Positions 13,359 through 26,040 of a stretch of 64,000 bases of DNA are shown here, piece by piece. The stretch's first letter is position 1. Each line of letters opens with the position of its first letter. A program made the position numbers and the translations under genes. Location: positions 58,091,576 through 58,155,575 of the forward strand of contig NC_068995.1 of NCBI RefSeq assembly GCF_001194135.2. Reading direction: 5' to 3'. Origin of the DNA: Octopus bimaculoides. Lineage: Eukaryota. The notes under the pieces are model-generated. The model did not search any database and was not told where the DNA came from. It worked only from the letters and a program-made list of their open reading frames with translations.

Positions 13359-15105
13359 CAACTCGTTAAAATAACAGTTCCGCAATGTAACTTCACGTTT
13401 TGTAGAAAGAAAAGCAGCCAGACGGAGGAAATATCTTCATTTATATAGAAGATCAAAAATGAAATTACAGATGGCAAAAAGAGAAACGAACACAAAATCC
13501 AGCGAGAAAAAAATTTTAAGTAACTGTTAAGAAACATGGATGTACAAACGCCCTCGGGCAAGCTACATGGCGCGAGTACACTCGCTTATACAAGCATACA
13601 CAAAAATGTGAGCATATGCAGACATGAGGTCTGGTGCTGTCATGATCACAAAGCAAGTTAACTATCAACTTGGTGTTTGTAAGAATAGGGAGGTTAAAAG
13701 TAAACTTAAGTCATCCATACCTTACAGTAAATTAAATTATGTTACTCATTCCCACTGCATTGTGCGAAAGTGCATTTATATGCGTGTAGGTATCTCGAGA
13801 GTCATTCAGTATTTCTATTACTGATTTTCTAGTTAGTCCACAGAATAGACAAGGATTCTTCAGAGCAGAGATGGCATCTCCTGGAAATTATAATGTATGG
13901 TTTCGCGTACCTTACTAGGGACCAATTTATGCTGTACTTCATTTTATCCTCCATCAGTTGCCATACAAAATTGCCAAAGATGTTGAATGTCTCTTATTGA
14001 TACATATACATACATATGTATGTATGTAGCTATACATATGCATACGTACACTTGTACTTATCTATAAATCGAGCTGTTTTGTATGTGGTTCTGACTGAAA
14101 AATCTAAGGGGCAGCTTGTACACGGTGCAAAGCTAAAATTTTGAAGAGCAAGGAACTGCAGAGCTAGATCAGGTCTCAATGTCAGATTTGGAATCGTTTC
14201 TATGGCTGGATACCCTTCCTAATGCCATCCTCTTTACATAAGTCTTCATTTTATCAGAGCCTTTGAGACAAGTAGTTGGAAGAAAGGTAGTTGTTCTCAA
14301 ATGGGAGCAGTCATCTAAAAGCTCACAACAGAGTAAATTCTATTAAAGATATTTGAGGACCAGGAGGAGTTGCTAAAATGGTTCATTGATAATTTGAGGG
14401 AGATTTAGCTAAATCAGCATATAGACACTTCTCATTTACTCTTAACACCACACAGAATGAGATATAAAAAAAAAACCAAGGCAGTAAATAGATTGCATAA
14501 CATTTATCAAGAAAAGACCTTACAGCTGTCAAACCATCGAACCCATACCTACATAGGAAGCGGATGTTAAATGATGAGGGTGGTGATGAGAATGACAGTG
14601 ATGATGTTGGAGGGGAGATGGTGAGGAGGGGGATAATGATGAGTGCTACATTTCCCTCTTTCATTAGATAGTACACAAGCAAAAAGTTGGCATAGTCTTA
14701 TGTGGAGGTCATGGCTGGAATGCTTTTGATCCATAGATCTGACTCAATTAAGATTTTTGGCAGAGTTAAATAACAATTGCAACAACAACATTTCGGACTA
14801 CTCAACCCCCCCCCACACACACACACACACACAAGAGCAACTTTCAATTTATCATAACAAGTCTAAATGTTATTAGGAAATGTCAAAACAAGTCATTGAA
14901 TACCAGCCTCCTGCCAATCTTCACCTCTTCTAAGGACTCTGCTCTCCCACCACACACACACACACACACACAGATCGTGTAAGTGCACACACACTCATAC
15001 AGTCAAGCACACACACGCATGCATATACACACTGAAGAACACTCATACATACAATTCATATCAAACAAACCCTAACCCTTACTTAAAAGTCGAGGCCAAC
15101 TAGGT

Positions 15106-15384
15106 CAGGGGTCTTCAAACTTTTTGACTTGCGGACCCCTTTATATTTCAGGCTTTACCTTAGGGACCCCCTTATAAACGCTTATGAAATTTATACATAA
15201 ATATTTGCTTAAAATAACTTATATTTTTACATTTATTTATTTTACAGTATTTAACAAATAGGTTTATTGTCAATTAAAAGATTTCGATTAAAAAACATAT
15301 ACAAAATCAAATTGCCCATGAAAAGTATTTGCTGTCTACGGACCCCCTGTCTTGTACTTGCGGACCACAGTTTGAAAACCCCTG
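15106..15384. mobile_element. hAT (Charlie-like) MITE
   Basis: TIRs CAGGGGTCTTCAAACT / AGTTTGAAAACCCCTG; 8-bp flanks aactaggt / aactagag (6 of 8 identical). Confidence 0.85.
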
Positions 15385-16029
15385 AACTAGAGAATCACTC
15401 AGTTTGCTAGAAATAACAACCAATCTTGCTCAAATCACAATCCTACTACCATCTTAGAAAAGAACAGATTGAATAATATGATTCTAGGTTCTCTATACAT
15501 AGGAAAAAGCAAAGAAACAAATGATGGTCATGGTTGAAATGTCATTGATTATGTCTCTACTCAACATGGGGCTAAACAACAACCAGTCTCTTCACCACTA
15601 CAATAACTAACTATGCCCCAAACGGTGAGCCTCTACATGGTCACTTGGCCTGCTAGAAATAGCAGCCAATCTTCCTCAAATCAAACCATGCAACCTTAGG
15701 AGAAGACAAATTAGATTATGTGATCTTGGTTTTCCTGGTCATATGATAAAGCAGGATAGTCAGTTTGATCAGGCCTGACCTGTGGTTAAACAGCAAATAA
15801 CTAAGGGCCTAGTAGTAATAGTGACAATTACAAAATACCTGAAGCTGATGATAATTATAATAAAGATTTCAAACTTTGGCACATGGCCAGCAATTTTAGG
15901 GTATGCGAACAGTCAATAACATTGACTGCAGTACTTTATTTTATTGACCTCGAAAAAGATGAAAGGTCAAGTTGAACTTCATGCTATTTGGATGCAGAAT
16001 GTGCACTATTGATGATGAGTAGTATTCCT

Positions 16030-16410
16030 ATTTTGATAAAAATGAAAGCAGATTTATCAATTTGAACTTCTGTCAAATGTAAGCACAACAGGCCGGATAT
16101 TGTTGTTTGGGACGGAGGGGCAAAGGTGTGTATGGTCATAGAGGTCGGCTGCCCTGCAGATAAAAATATCTCTTTGAAAATCAAAGAAAAGAGGATATCT
16201 ATGGACAACTGTTTCGAAACCTCCAGCTTCTATTTCCAGACTATGAATTCAATAATAATTGGAGCACTAGGTTTTGTTAGTAAATGCTTAAAGGAGAATC
16301 TGGATAAACTGGGATTTTCAGAAAGAGAAATTGACTGGCTGATCCGTACATTACAAGTCCAATCTGTGAGTGGAACAGTAAAAATATGCAAGACTTTTCT
16401 TAAGTTCTAA
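16030..16410 (+). mobile_element. RLE-type non-LTR retrotransposon 3' fragment (restriction-like endonuclease, R4/Dong-like)
   Basis: KHNRPDIVVWD...VCMVIEVGCPADKNISLKIKEK...ICKTFLKF, the PD..E/D..K RLE pattern. Confidence 0.75.
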
Positions 16411-16544
16411 ATGTGTATTTTTCTGTGTTAATGACATCCCAAAGATGGAACACTGTATCTTTGTTTGAAACTGGTTCCCTCATCAGTGGAAGATTTATAA
16501 TAATTAAAAAACAGAAGAGACATACATACGTACATACATAAAAA

Positions 16545-16960
16545 TCCACAATATGGTAGAAGCCATAGCCACTCATAATAAAAAGGAATACTGGTGGAAT
16601 GTACCAGTGAAGACCTCAATAAAATTTAAGCACTACAGACCTGATATAATGATTTGGGATAGAGAAGAGAAACTGTGCACAGTTGTGGAAATTAGTTGCC
16701 CAGTGAATGTTAACATAAAGCTGAAGATCAGTGAAAAAGAGAACACTTATGCTGAACTATTGAGAAATCTGCAGTTAATCTATCCAGAGTACACCTGTTA
16801 TTACTGGGGTCCTGGAATATGTAACACACTGCCTAAATACTAATCTTGAGAAATAAAGCTTCTCAAAAATAGAAAGCTAATTCGAAAATGACAGATCCAA
16901 TCCATCACTTGAACTGTAAAAATCTGTAAAACTTTTCAGAAGTTTATCATTTAAATATAT
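16545..16960 (+). mobile_element. Second RLE-type endonuclease fragment
   Basis: KHYRPDIMIWDREEKLCTVVEISCP...KISEKENTYAELLRNL; ends ...aaaatctgtaaaacttttcagaagttt, like the first copy. Confidence 0.75.
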
Positions 16961-17269
16961 ATGAGCATGTCTAGATATGTAACTATATGTATGAGAATAC
17001 ATACATAAAACATACAAACAAAAATATCCGGTTGATGTTGAAATTCTAATGAACATCGCTTTATCAAGTATTGAAGGAGGATCTCAGAACCCACCTCTAT
17101 CAGGTAATCCACTGTCATGAGCTCATGCAGCAAGTTTATAAGTTAATGAGAGTGGAGAGAATTTGTCTTAACCTGTGTCAGATTGCTGAAGGTATGCTAT
17201 CCAACCTGGTGTTCACTGACAAAAAGAAATTTGACATCAAACAGACAGTAAATCATTAGAATGACTAAC

Positions 17270-17887
17270 ATTGGAGTGTATCTGGTTCCATTAAGAGTAG
17301 ACTAGTAAATCAACGTCAGAATCCACAATCAGTTATGATTTGGGTGGCTGTGACAGCCACTGCAAGGTCTCCCCTCATTTTAGTGCCCTCAGGTGTTAAA
17401 ATTACACCCAACAACAGATTAGTGACACTCTGGAAGCTGAACTGCTTCCATAAGCGAATGAGTACTTTCAAAATGCACCTTGGAGCTTCCAACAGGACTC
17501 AGTACTATCCCACAGCTCCAGACACAACACTGGATTTAGAAAAACACTCCATCGTTCATAGGCCCTCAAGAAGCACTGTTCTCAACCCGTTGGATTTTTC
17601 TGTTTGGTCCATCTAAAGCACTCTTCATGCTTCACTCAATGCTCTGAAGTTAAAACTGCACCAGGAATGGGCTTCAATTCCATAAGGACAGCTGTGTGCT
17701 GCATGTGAAGCATTCGCACCTAGACCTAAGAGTGTGATTCAAAACAGAGATGATCATATCGGATAAATATGGTAATGTCATAATTGTGTTTCCTTTACCA
17801 CAGCATTGCAATGTTTGGACCTGAAATATAATATTTTGTTTTGACAAAATTTTAAAAAGTCGGTTGCCTTAATTTGGGGACACCCTG
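17270..17887 (+). mobile_element. Tc1/mariner (maT-like) transposase relic with right TIR
   Basis: MIWVAV...PL.LVPSGVK, WSFQQDS, LNPLDFSVWS; ends ggggacaccctg followed by TA. Confidence 0.75.
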
Positions 17888-18556
17888 TATCTATCTATCT
17901 ATGTTTAACAAATTACTACTTGCATGTTATCTCCACACTGTAACAGTAAATAAATACATATTGTTCATAATTGTATGCAGCTGTTTGTTGTTTAACACTT
18001 TCTCTTCTGTGATCCTGTAAAAACCTAGGCTAAAAGATATTCAAGTCATGACTATCTCATTTTGTTTTTTACTAGTATAGTAAAACTAAATCTACATTAT
18101 CTGATATGTTCTTTATAAAAGATTGTAGAGTGTGATTTTAGGTAGATTTAGCTGATATTTCTAGCAAGCTGAACTATTTAAAGCCATATTGCCTCATTAG
18201 CAGAGATGACTGTAGTCATGATATTGATAGATTTCTCAAATAATGCCATATAAAAAGGGTTTTTTAAATTACTAATATCAGTACTTGACCTTGCCTGAGT
18301 TTCTAGAAAGTATCAGTCTTGACCTCTCCTACTTAAAAAAGACATGCTGCTTTGCAAATTTCAATCTCTTCAGTGCAGAATTGTGGCCTACAGCATAGAA
18401 CACACACGCACATTTGTGTGCATGCGCATGCACTCACACATACACTTTTATATATTGAGGTTTTCAATTCATTTTCTCATTTATTCCCATCTGTTTCTTT
18501 TTATATTTTGTATTCCAGACTTGACTGTGGAGGCATTTTAAAATCAACTCCATAGG

Positions 18557-19293
18557 ATGGATTCCTCAACAGTTTCAAGTAATACCTGTGTTGTTACACT
18601 TGTGAAAAGAAACTCATTAAGTTCTGTAAAACTTGGAAGTTGTAGTGGGGTCTTTATAAACCACAAACTCAGAATTGTAATTGCACATGCTTCCCTATTG
18701 GCTGAGCTTAACTCCAAAGACTATGAACAATTAAGAAGAGATCTCACTGCTAATAAACTTACTAATTTGCTGCCAAATCATAGTGCCGAAGTCGTGTTTG
18801 ATGCAAGGAGGTATCAAGTGCAGAATTCTTCAAATCAACATTATGACTTGAGTTCCAACAACCATCAGAATATTGCCAGAGAGAAAGAGATGTACACTAT
18901 CATTCCTGCAGCTATAGAACTAATATTCAAATGTGAAAGCTTTCATCAAACTTCAGAACAATTCTTGGCCAAAAGTCAAGGATGGTTCTTCCTTCCAAGA
19001 AAACACTTTTTTTTACCTTATTTCATTTTGATCAAATTGCAAAACTATGATGGACTTCTTCCAATAGAACCTCTACTTGTGAAATCTTCTGTAGAATGTA
19101 ATCCTGGAGATACAGTTGAAGTGTTTGGTACACCTTATGGCAACTTATGTGTTGAAGTGTTCTTAAATTCTGTGAGCAGAGGTGTCATCAGCAACTACTT
19201 TGGTCCAAACAAAGTTCAAATACTCACTGATGCTCGTTGCATTCCAGGCACTGAGGGAGGACTTGTTTGTACTTTGGATAATAATAACCTGAA
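18557..19293 (+). CDS. TYSND1: TYSND1 coding exon 1 (N-terminal, probably inactive trypsin-like domain)
   Basis: ORF contains GSCSGVFI...IAHASLL and GTPYGNLCVEVFLNSVSRGVISN...ILTDARCIPGTEGG, matching recalled TYSND1 motifs (GSPFG..C...FLN..S.G..SN; LTDARCLPGTEGG). Upstream acceptor ttttgtattccAG ends at 18518; donor GTAAGT at 19294 (phase 2). Confidence 0.93.
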
Positions 19294-19584
19294 GTAAGTA
19301 TACTTATTAAGCTCATAAATGAGGAATAATCTATTGCTTTTTGACCACTTTCAATTAGTTTTATTTATCAAGTATTTTTTTTTTGCATATATATTCACTT
19401 AAATTTGTGTTTGTTTAGTTTGTTTGTTTTGTTTTTTTTTTCCATGCTGAGTGGAGTTTGATGAAGCTTATTGAAGCAGTCATCCTTTGTTTTCTTGCCC
19501 TTACTCTTTCCAACCCTTACATGTAAGCTGTTTATTCCACACAAGTTTTCACTTATCTAAGCCACTGAAACTGATCAGCTACTG

Positions 19585-19814
19585 AAGGGGCTCCAAACCA
19601 CCAGGATGTGGACCAGTACCAGACCATGGGCCATTTGGTACCAGGCCAGTCAGAAAGAATAAATCTTAGAATTCTATTTCTATTTTATTGATGATCGCAG
19701 TATGCAGGGTATTTTTTTGCATTATTTATGCATTATATATGTAATTATTAAATTATATATTATGCATTTGTATTGTGTTTTGTTATTGGACTGCAAAAAG
19801 ATTGGGGACAACTG
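19585..19814. mobile_element. hAT MITE in TYSND1 intron
   Basis: Decayed TIRs aaggggctccaaac / attggggacaactg; flanks agctactg / agctatag. Confidence 0.65.
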
Positions 19815-20026
19815 AGCTATAGGTTATGTTTACAGGGGATGTAACCAACTGGCCTTTCCAGTCTGAGTCCTGCTATGGACAATGTTTCTCTTCATTTTTT
19901 TTTCAGAACTGATAAAACAAAGTAGTAGTAACATACTGAGGTCAATTTAATCAAATATATACTCCCTGTAAATTCATAACCTTTTGCATCAATGCTAAAA
20001 CTTTATAACTTTCATTATATTCACAG

Positions 20027-20247
20027 AAGAGCCATTGGAATAGTTGTATCTCCATTTTGTTGGAAGAATCAAAACTGGATTGGGTTAACACTAGTCTGTT
20101 CCCTGGAAGAAATTTTAAATTCCATAGCCCTGGCATTAATTGTTTCAGAACCTGGAGAAAATCCCAAAGAATTATTGAAGCCATTTTCAGCATCACCATT
20201 GAATACAAACTCATCTGTATCTGGTGTCAGCAAACATCCAGCATCAA
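20027..20247 (+). CDS. TYSND1: TYSND1 coding exon 2
   Basis: Acceptor cacAG ends at 20026 and phase 2 matches exon 1. Encodes AIGIVVSPFCWKNQNWIGLTLVC (cf. TYSND1 VVAPLCWK..EWVG.TLLC). Donor GTAAAA at 20248 (phase 1); an alternative in-phase donor GTGTCA at 20224 cannot be excluded. Confidence 0.85.
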
Positions 20248-21829
20248 GTAAAATCATTTTTAATTTCTTTTATAATTATTTTGTTTTTGGTATATTGAAA
20301 CTCAAAGCATTAAAACTATAAATGACAGCATAGAAATACTGGTTCAAGAAATCTTTTTGGATAGCAAGAATCAAGGTAGGTTTTTTAACCCAATATTTAC
20401 AGGGTATGATTTATAGATTTATTACTTGAAGTTTCTAAATTCTTATGACATCAGTAATTATTTTGATTCTTTGAAATCATCATAGTATTACATTTATTGA
20501 TGATGAATTCCATAGACATTTATTAAAACAATTCTGTTGTTGATATGACAATTTTGTCATCTTATGAGTATGAAGTTATATCAGAAAATTCCCAGACCAT
20601 ACATCATCATCATTATTTAATGTACACTTTTCCATGCTTGCATGGGTTAGATTGAATTTGTAGCAGCAGATTTTTCTACAGCTGGATGCTTTTCTTATCA
20701 CAACCTTCACCTGTTTCCAAGAAAGGTAATATTTTCCCAAGACCAGACATGTTTTCTATGGAGGACTGAAAACAAACAACATTGTTTGTATGATGGTGAT
20801 TCTTAATTATAACCAACACAAGATGACTAGGCAAGGGTGTACACACTCATGCATGCACACACGTATATGAGGGGCTTCTTTTCAGTTTCAAACTACCAAA
20901 TTAACTCACAATGCTTTGGTCAGCATAGCATTACAGTAGAATACTCTTGCCCTAGGTGCTGCACAGTGGGACTAAACTCATAGTTAGGAAGCAAGCTCCT
21001 CATCCACACAGCCATGCCCACACTTAAAAAAATATACCACTATTCCAATTAATAATTAATTTCATATATCATTTATATTTTTGCACTGTCACCTTTGAAA
21101 TAGTGTGCTCAGAAACATAATGATTCTAGTGCATCTTCTACACTCTAGAAGCATCTTGTAAGTCCTCTTCTTGAAGACCATCCAATACCATCTGTGATTC
21201 CATTTGAATTTCATCTCCTTACAGACTCCATAACTGATTCCAGTCACATGAGTGAATTAATGGATTATGTTTGATGGTTTATCATTGAGGAGTTTACAAA
21301 TATTAATTTTTCCACATTTTTTGCATTTTACTCATGATTGTTCACCTTGGACACTTATATTGAATGAACTGGCTTTGAAATGTCTAGATCACTTAAAAAG
21401 TAGTTTAACCCAAAAAATATTTACCCAAAGTCTGATAAAATATTTCAGGGGTCTTGGTAGAAGATTTGCTAACTTCATGCAAAATTTGTTGCAGATCAAA
21501 GGGGATCCTAGTCATGCAAGTTACATGGTAACTGCACTAGTGCTGGTGCCATGAAAAAAGCATCCAGTATACTCTGTAAAGTATTTGATATAAACAAAAG
21601 CATTTAGCCATAGAAACAATGGCAGAGCAACATTGGAGCACAAAACAGCCCTCTGGTCCATTGGATTCTGTCAAACTGGCCAAATTATAGGCCACTATGG
21701 AAGACACATGTAAAAAAATGATGATAATGATGATGACCACGATGACAACGATGATGATGACACTGTGTTAGCATATCAGATAAATTCCTTAATTTTTTTC
21801 CAGTATTTTAATTCTTATTTTTCATCAAT

Positions 21830-22085
21830 TAACTTAGCAAATCGGTCAATAATATATTCTCCTTCATTGCTTACGATTTCTTGCTAATATTCCATCCGTT
21901 TGTCAATGCCTTGATGGTAGAAATCACTGGCTCTTGACTCATGGAAGTCACCAAGCCATATGTCTTCAGCTCCATGTTGTGGTCAAATGAAATGCCTCAT
22001 AAACTGTCGGAGAGCAACAGGAAAAAGGTGATAATCTGAGAGCACTATATTGGGGAATCTGATGAGTGAAATAGAACTTCCCAGT
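21830..22085 (-). mobile_element. Mariner transposase C-terminal relic
   Basis: Minus strand resembles (YSPDLAPS)DYHLF...FYHQGIDK...EGEYI. Confidence 0.55.
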
Positions 22086-22299
22086 CAAGCTCTTGGTAAC
22101 CTGTTTGGCCAAAATAGTGTTGTGTCATGTGTTGTGAAGTTGAAGAAGCACAGTGTCATTGGTCGGGTCATTTCAACTGGAATGCCACATTGAGTCTTTG
22201 CTGGATAGAAATCTCTGCAAAGACTGTGTGGTTGTTTCCAAGCATTCCATAGTGGATTAGTCCTTCCCAATCCCACTAAAGTTTCATGGAGCACCTATC

Positions 22300-22545
22300 T
22301 CTACTGGCAACTAAGGGCCTCTTACTCAAAGTGAAAGATAGACTTATGATGCATGTGTGCAAGCTGCCATGCTACATGGCAGTGAAACATGGGCTAGAAG
22401 TGCTGAGGACAAGCGTGGGCTTGAAAGAAATGAAGCTAGTATGATCCGCTGGATCTGTAATGTCAGAGTGCATACATGACAGAGTGTAAGCACCCTGAGA
22501 GAAAAGTTGGGCATAAGAAGCATCAAATGTGGTGTGCAAGAGAGA
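22300..22545 (+). mobile_element. RTE LINE fragment
   Basis: Homologous to the other RTE copies (YDACVQAAMLHGSETW...RNEASMIRWICNV). Confidence 0.8.
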
Positions 22546-22974
22546 CGATGAGAGCCAGTCAGTGGGCACTGGTATCGGCCACATTCAGATGGTGCTTTTT
22601 ACGTACCACCAGCACGGGAGCCAGTCAGGCGGACCTAGCATCGATCACATTCAGATGTGCTTTTTACATGCCACCTGTGCAGAAGTCAGTCAGGGGACAC
22701 TGGCCACAGCTACAAATCACCTCACTCAAGCCAAGCCCACAACGCTGTATTATCCTTGACGTCTTGTATATTCCTTTCAAGCTGCCCATGCATTCTCATT
22801 TCGAGAAGGCCTTCTTTTCTCTTCTCCTCAGCTCTTTGGTTAAACTCTTCGTTGCCCATCATTTCATCTGCATTTACACCCATATCTTTCGTGGCATATT
22901 GCAGCAGGTCTTCATCAAGATTTATCAAATACTCGGCAAGCGTTCTCTTTTCACTCCTTATACAATGATATCCT

Positions 22975-23015
22975 TATTGTTATTATTATTATTATTATTA
23001 TCATTATTATTATTA

Positions 23016-23080
<65 letters not shown>
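22975..23080. repeat. (ATT)n microsatellite
   Basis: Directly visible. Confidence 0.97.
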
Positions 23081-23081
<1 letters not shown>

Positions 23082-23228
23082 GTTTAACTTTTGCTTTATA
23101 TTTGTACAAGTTGACTCCAAGTCTCACCCAGAGACCTCAAGAGACAACAATTTAGAAGTTTGAGTTAGTGTTGTTGTTGTTATTACTATTATTATTATTT
23201 CTTTTTTTTTTTGTTTTATTACTTTTAG

Positions 23229-23369
23229 GTCCTTACAATTTTACATTGAGTGAAAACATCAAGCAGTATTTGTGCCATGTTATTGGTCAAAAGGGCACTG
23301 GAACAGGAATATTAATCAGCCATGATACCATACTAACATGTAGCCATGTTGTCTGTGACAATTCTGAAG
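23229..23369 (+). CDS. TYSND1: TYSND1 coding exon 3 (catalytic His, LTCSHVV)
   Basis: Polypyrimidine tract plus ttttAG ends at 23228; GTGTGILISHDTILTCSHVV trypsin-like motif; donor GTAGCA at 23370; phases 1/1. Confidence 0.9.
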
Positions 23370-24526
23370 GTAGCAACATTTTTTTTTTGTTTTTGTTTAG
23401 TTCCAGAACAGACATTCTACATGTGACTAACCACTCTTTCAAGCATAGTTCCTTCATTTTCTTTAAATTGATGAAGTATGATCCAAGAGAAATTTGGCTG
23501 CTCTTTCTAGCAGGTTATGCGACCATGTATAGGCTTTCTCATTTTGTTTCTGTTACTATAGAGTTAATTATGAAATTTTAAAATTTCTCTTAGCTCTCAC
23601 CTCCCTCTACTTCCTTTTCCTCTACTGCTACTACTACTAGACAACTACATACTGTGTCCTCTAAGTCACACGTGAATATTATGCAATCAGCATGCAAGGG
23701 GAATTAAATCTGTACCGCACTAAATTAAATGCATTTGTACAGCACAAAAATCATGGTTAGTTGACTCCATGCATCTCTAAAACAAACAGAAGAGCTCAAT
23801 ATAGGAGCCTTTATGTTCTCACTTGATGTGCTAGAAATAGCAACTAAATTCCCCTTCAAGCTAACCCTACCATATTAAAATTCAAAGCCATAGTAGACAA
23901 TGTAGAACATAATACATTAAAAAAAATAATGGGTAAGTCATAATCGGAATATTTTTGGACATAGTTTTGCTCAGCAAAGGTCAAATTGGGGGCCAAACAG
24001 CAACTAAAATACTTTTTTGCAGTGCAATCATAATTATTTTGTTTGTTTTTGTCATTGGACAGTGGCCATGCTGGGGCACCACTTTGAAAGGTTTAATTGA
24101 ACAGATTAACCCTACTACTTATTTTTTAAGCCTGCTACTTATTCTATTGGTCTCCTTTGACAAACTGCTAAGTTACAGAGATGTAAACAAATCAACAACA
24201 GTTGTCAAGTGGTGATAGGGGACAAACATAACACAAAACACTAAGACTCACTCCTACATACACATACATCTGAAGCCTATTTTAAATATATAGATATATT
24301 TTTTTTTACTCTTTTACTTGTTTGTCAGAGTTGATTGCAGCCATGCTGGAGCACCACCTTTAGTCGAACAGATCGATCCCAGGACTTATTCTTTGTAAGC
24401 CTAGTACTTATTCTATCGGTGGTTTTTGCTGAACTGCTATGTTACGGGGACGTAAACACACCAACATCAGTTGTCGAGTGAGGTGGGGGGGGGGGGGGGA
24501 GACAAACACACACACACACACACTTA

Positions 24527-24561
<35 letters not shown>

Positions 24562-25277
24562 GACGGGATTCTTTCAGTTTCTGTCTACCAAATCCACTCA
24601 CAAGGTTTTCGTTGGCCCAAGGCTATACTAGAAGACACTTGCCCAGTACCTGCAGCTATCAGTGACTGAAATATTTTCTAGCCACAGAGAGAAGGGCCAG
24701 CCTTAGTCATGCAGTCCAAGGGTGTGTTTACACTAGCAGAAAACATCAGTGATAGTGAGGCCCAGTATTTGGAGTGACTGTGACAGGCTTAGCTGAGTGT
24801 CAGTCACTCATGTTTAGAGGGGATATAGTGTTAGTGATGTTTTCTTTATATTAGTAGTGCTTGAAGGTCAATGAGGAATAGGAATGAATCATTTTGTCAT
24901 GAAAAAGTAACAGATCATCTATACCAGGAATAGGTTCTACATCACCTGGAAAATCAGTATCCTATTCAGGGAAAGGATTATTTTTCATTTGCTTAATGCT
25001 TTATGTAACCCAGGGCAAAGTACTAACACATAAAAACTCCTTATGATTTAGTTACCATGTTTATGGTATAAGTTTTACTGATTTACACCCATTTTATCAG
25101 GATTGCATCTGAAGTGGGAATGAGGCCTATCAGAGTGTGGAGGTCAGCTCTTGTACATTGGTCTGGGATCTGGAGAGCCAACAAATAGTTCCTGTGAATA
25201 TCTCATGGGCCCTTCCCTGAAGAAAAAAATTAACAAAATCAATAAAAGGAGAAACCTGAGCTGCCTAATCAGAAACC

Positions 25278-25461
25278 ATTATTACCTCCAATAAGGTGGA
25301 GGTATTGTTTTCAGACATGTTTGTTTGTCTGTGGACAAGATATCTCAAGAACTGATGGATGGATTCAGATGAAACTTTCAGGGATGTTTAGCCTTGTGAC
25401 TCGCACAAACTGATTAGATTTTGGAATTGATCTGATATCGGACAAGGATTCTGGATTATTT
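25278..25461 (+). mobile_element. Helentron-associated (HINE/DINE-1-like) element, 5' half
   Basis: ttattacctccaataagg subTIR followed by a gtttgtttgtctgt microsatellite; pairs with the 3' half at 28287-28490. Confidence 0.6.
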
Positions 25462-26040
25462 GTTATATTTACTTTACATGAAGTATTATGATCTTACATT
25501 GACTTTCAAGTCTTTCCCTGATTATCTTCCTTATATTATACATGCATATTAACACTTTACAGTATACTTACATATATACATAATTCTATAAATCAATCTA
25601 AAACAGCAGGAATACTAAAAGAAGACCGGAATTTAAGAGAAGAGAAAATCAAAAGGTCTCATTTAAAAATTCCTGAGAAGAACTTATTATTATTATTAAT
25701 AGTTTTACAACTTTGAAACTTTTTTGAATGGTGAATTTGTTAACTTTGGCTTGTATTAGATAAGGATAAACTATTTATTAGTTACTAAGTTTTCTATAGC
25801 TGCTTTGAGAGGAGTCATCTTTCCAAAAATAACCTATCATATCTAATATAAAACTCAGCGCATTGCTAGTCAATATTTTAAATTTTACAGTGTGTTTGAG
25901 AGAGAAGACATGCCAAAATCCAAATCAAGAAGTTTAGCTCAAAGGCAAAAGAACAGAGTGTGTATTAGCAGATGTTATAGATACATATTCTTCTGACCAC
26001 AATACCGTATGCATTTCATTACAGTTATATAGATACAAAT

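Noticed and set aside
16440-16500. CTGATGAGGGAAC...TTTCAAAC hammerhead-like motif (minus strand)
   Set aside because: G12 is missing and no stem I partner was found.
23370-23400. GT...polyT-AG 31-nt mini-intron after exon 3
   Set aside because: Too short, and the downstream frame hits TGA after 8 codons; exon 4 at 36332 fits in phase.
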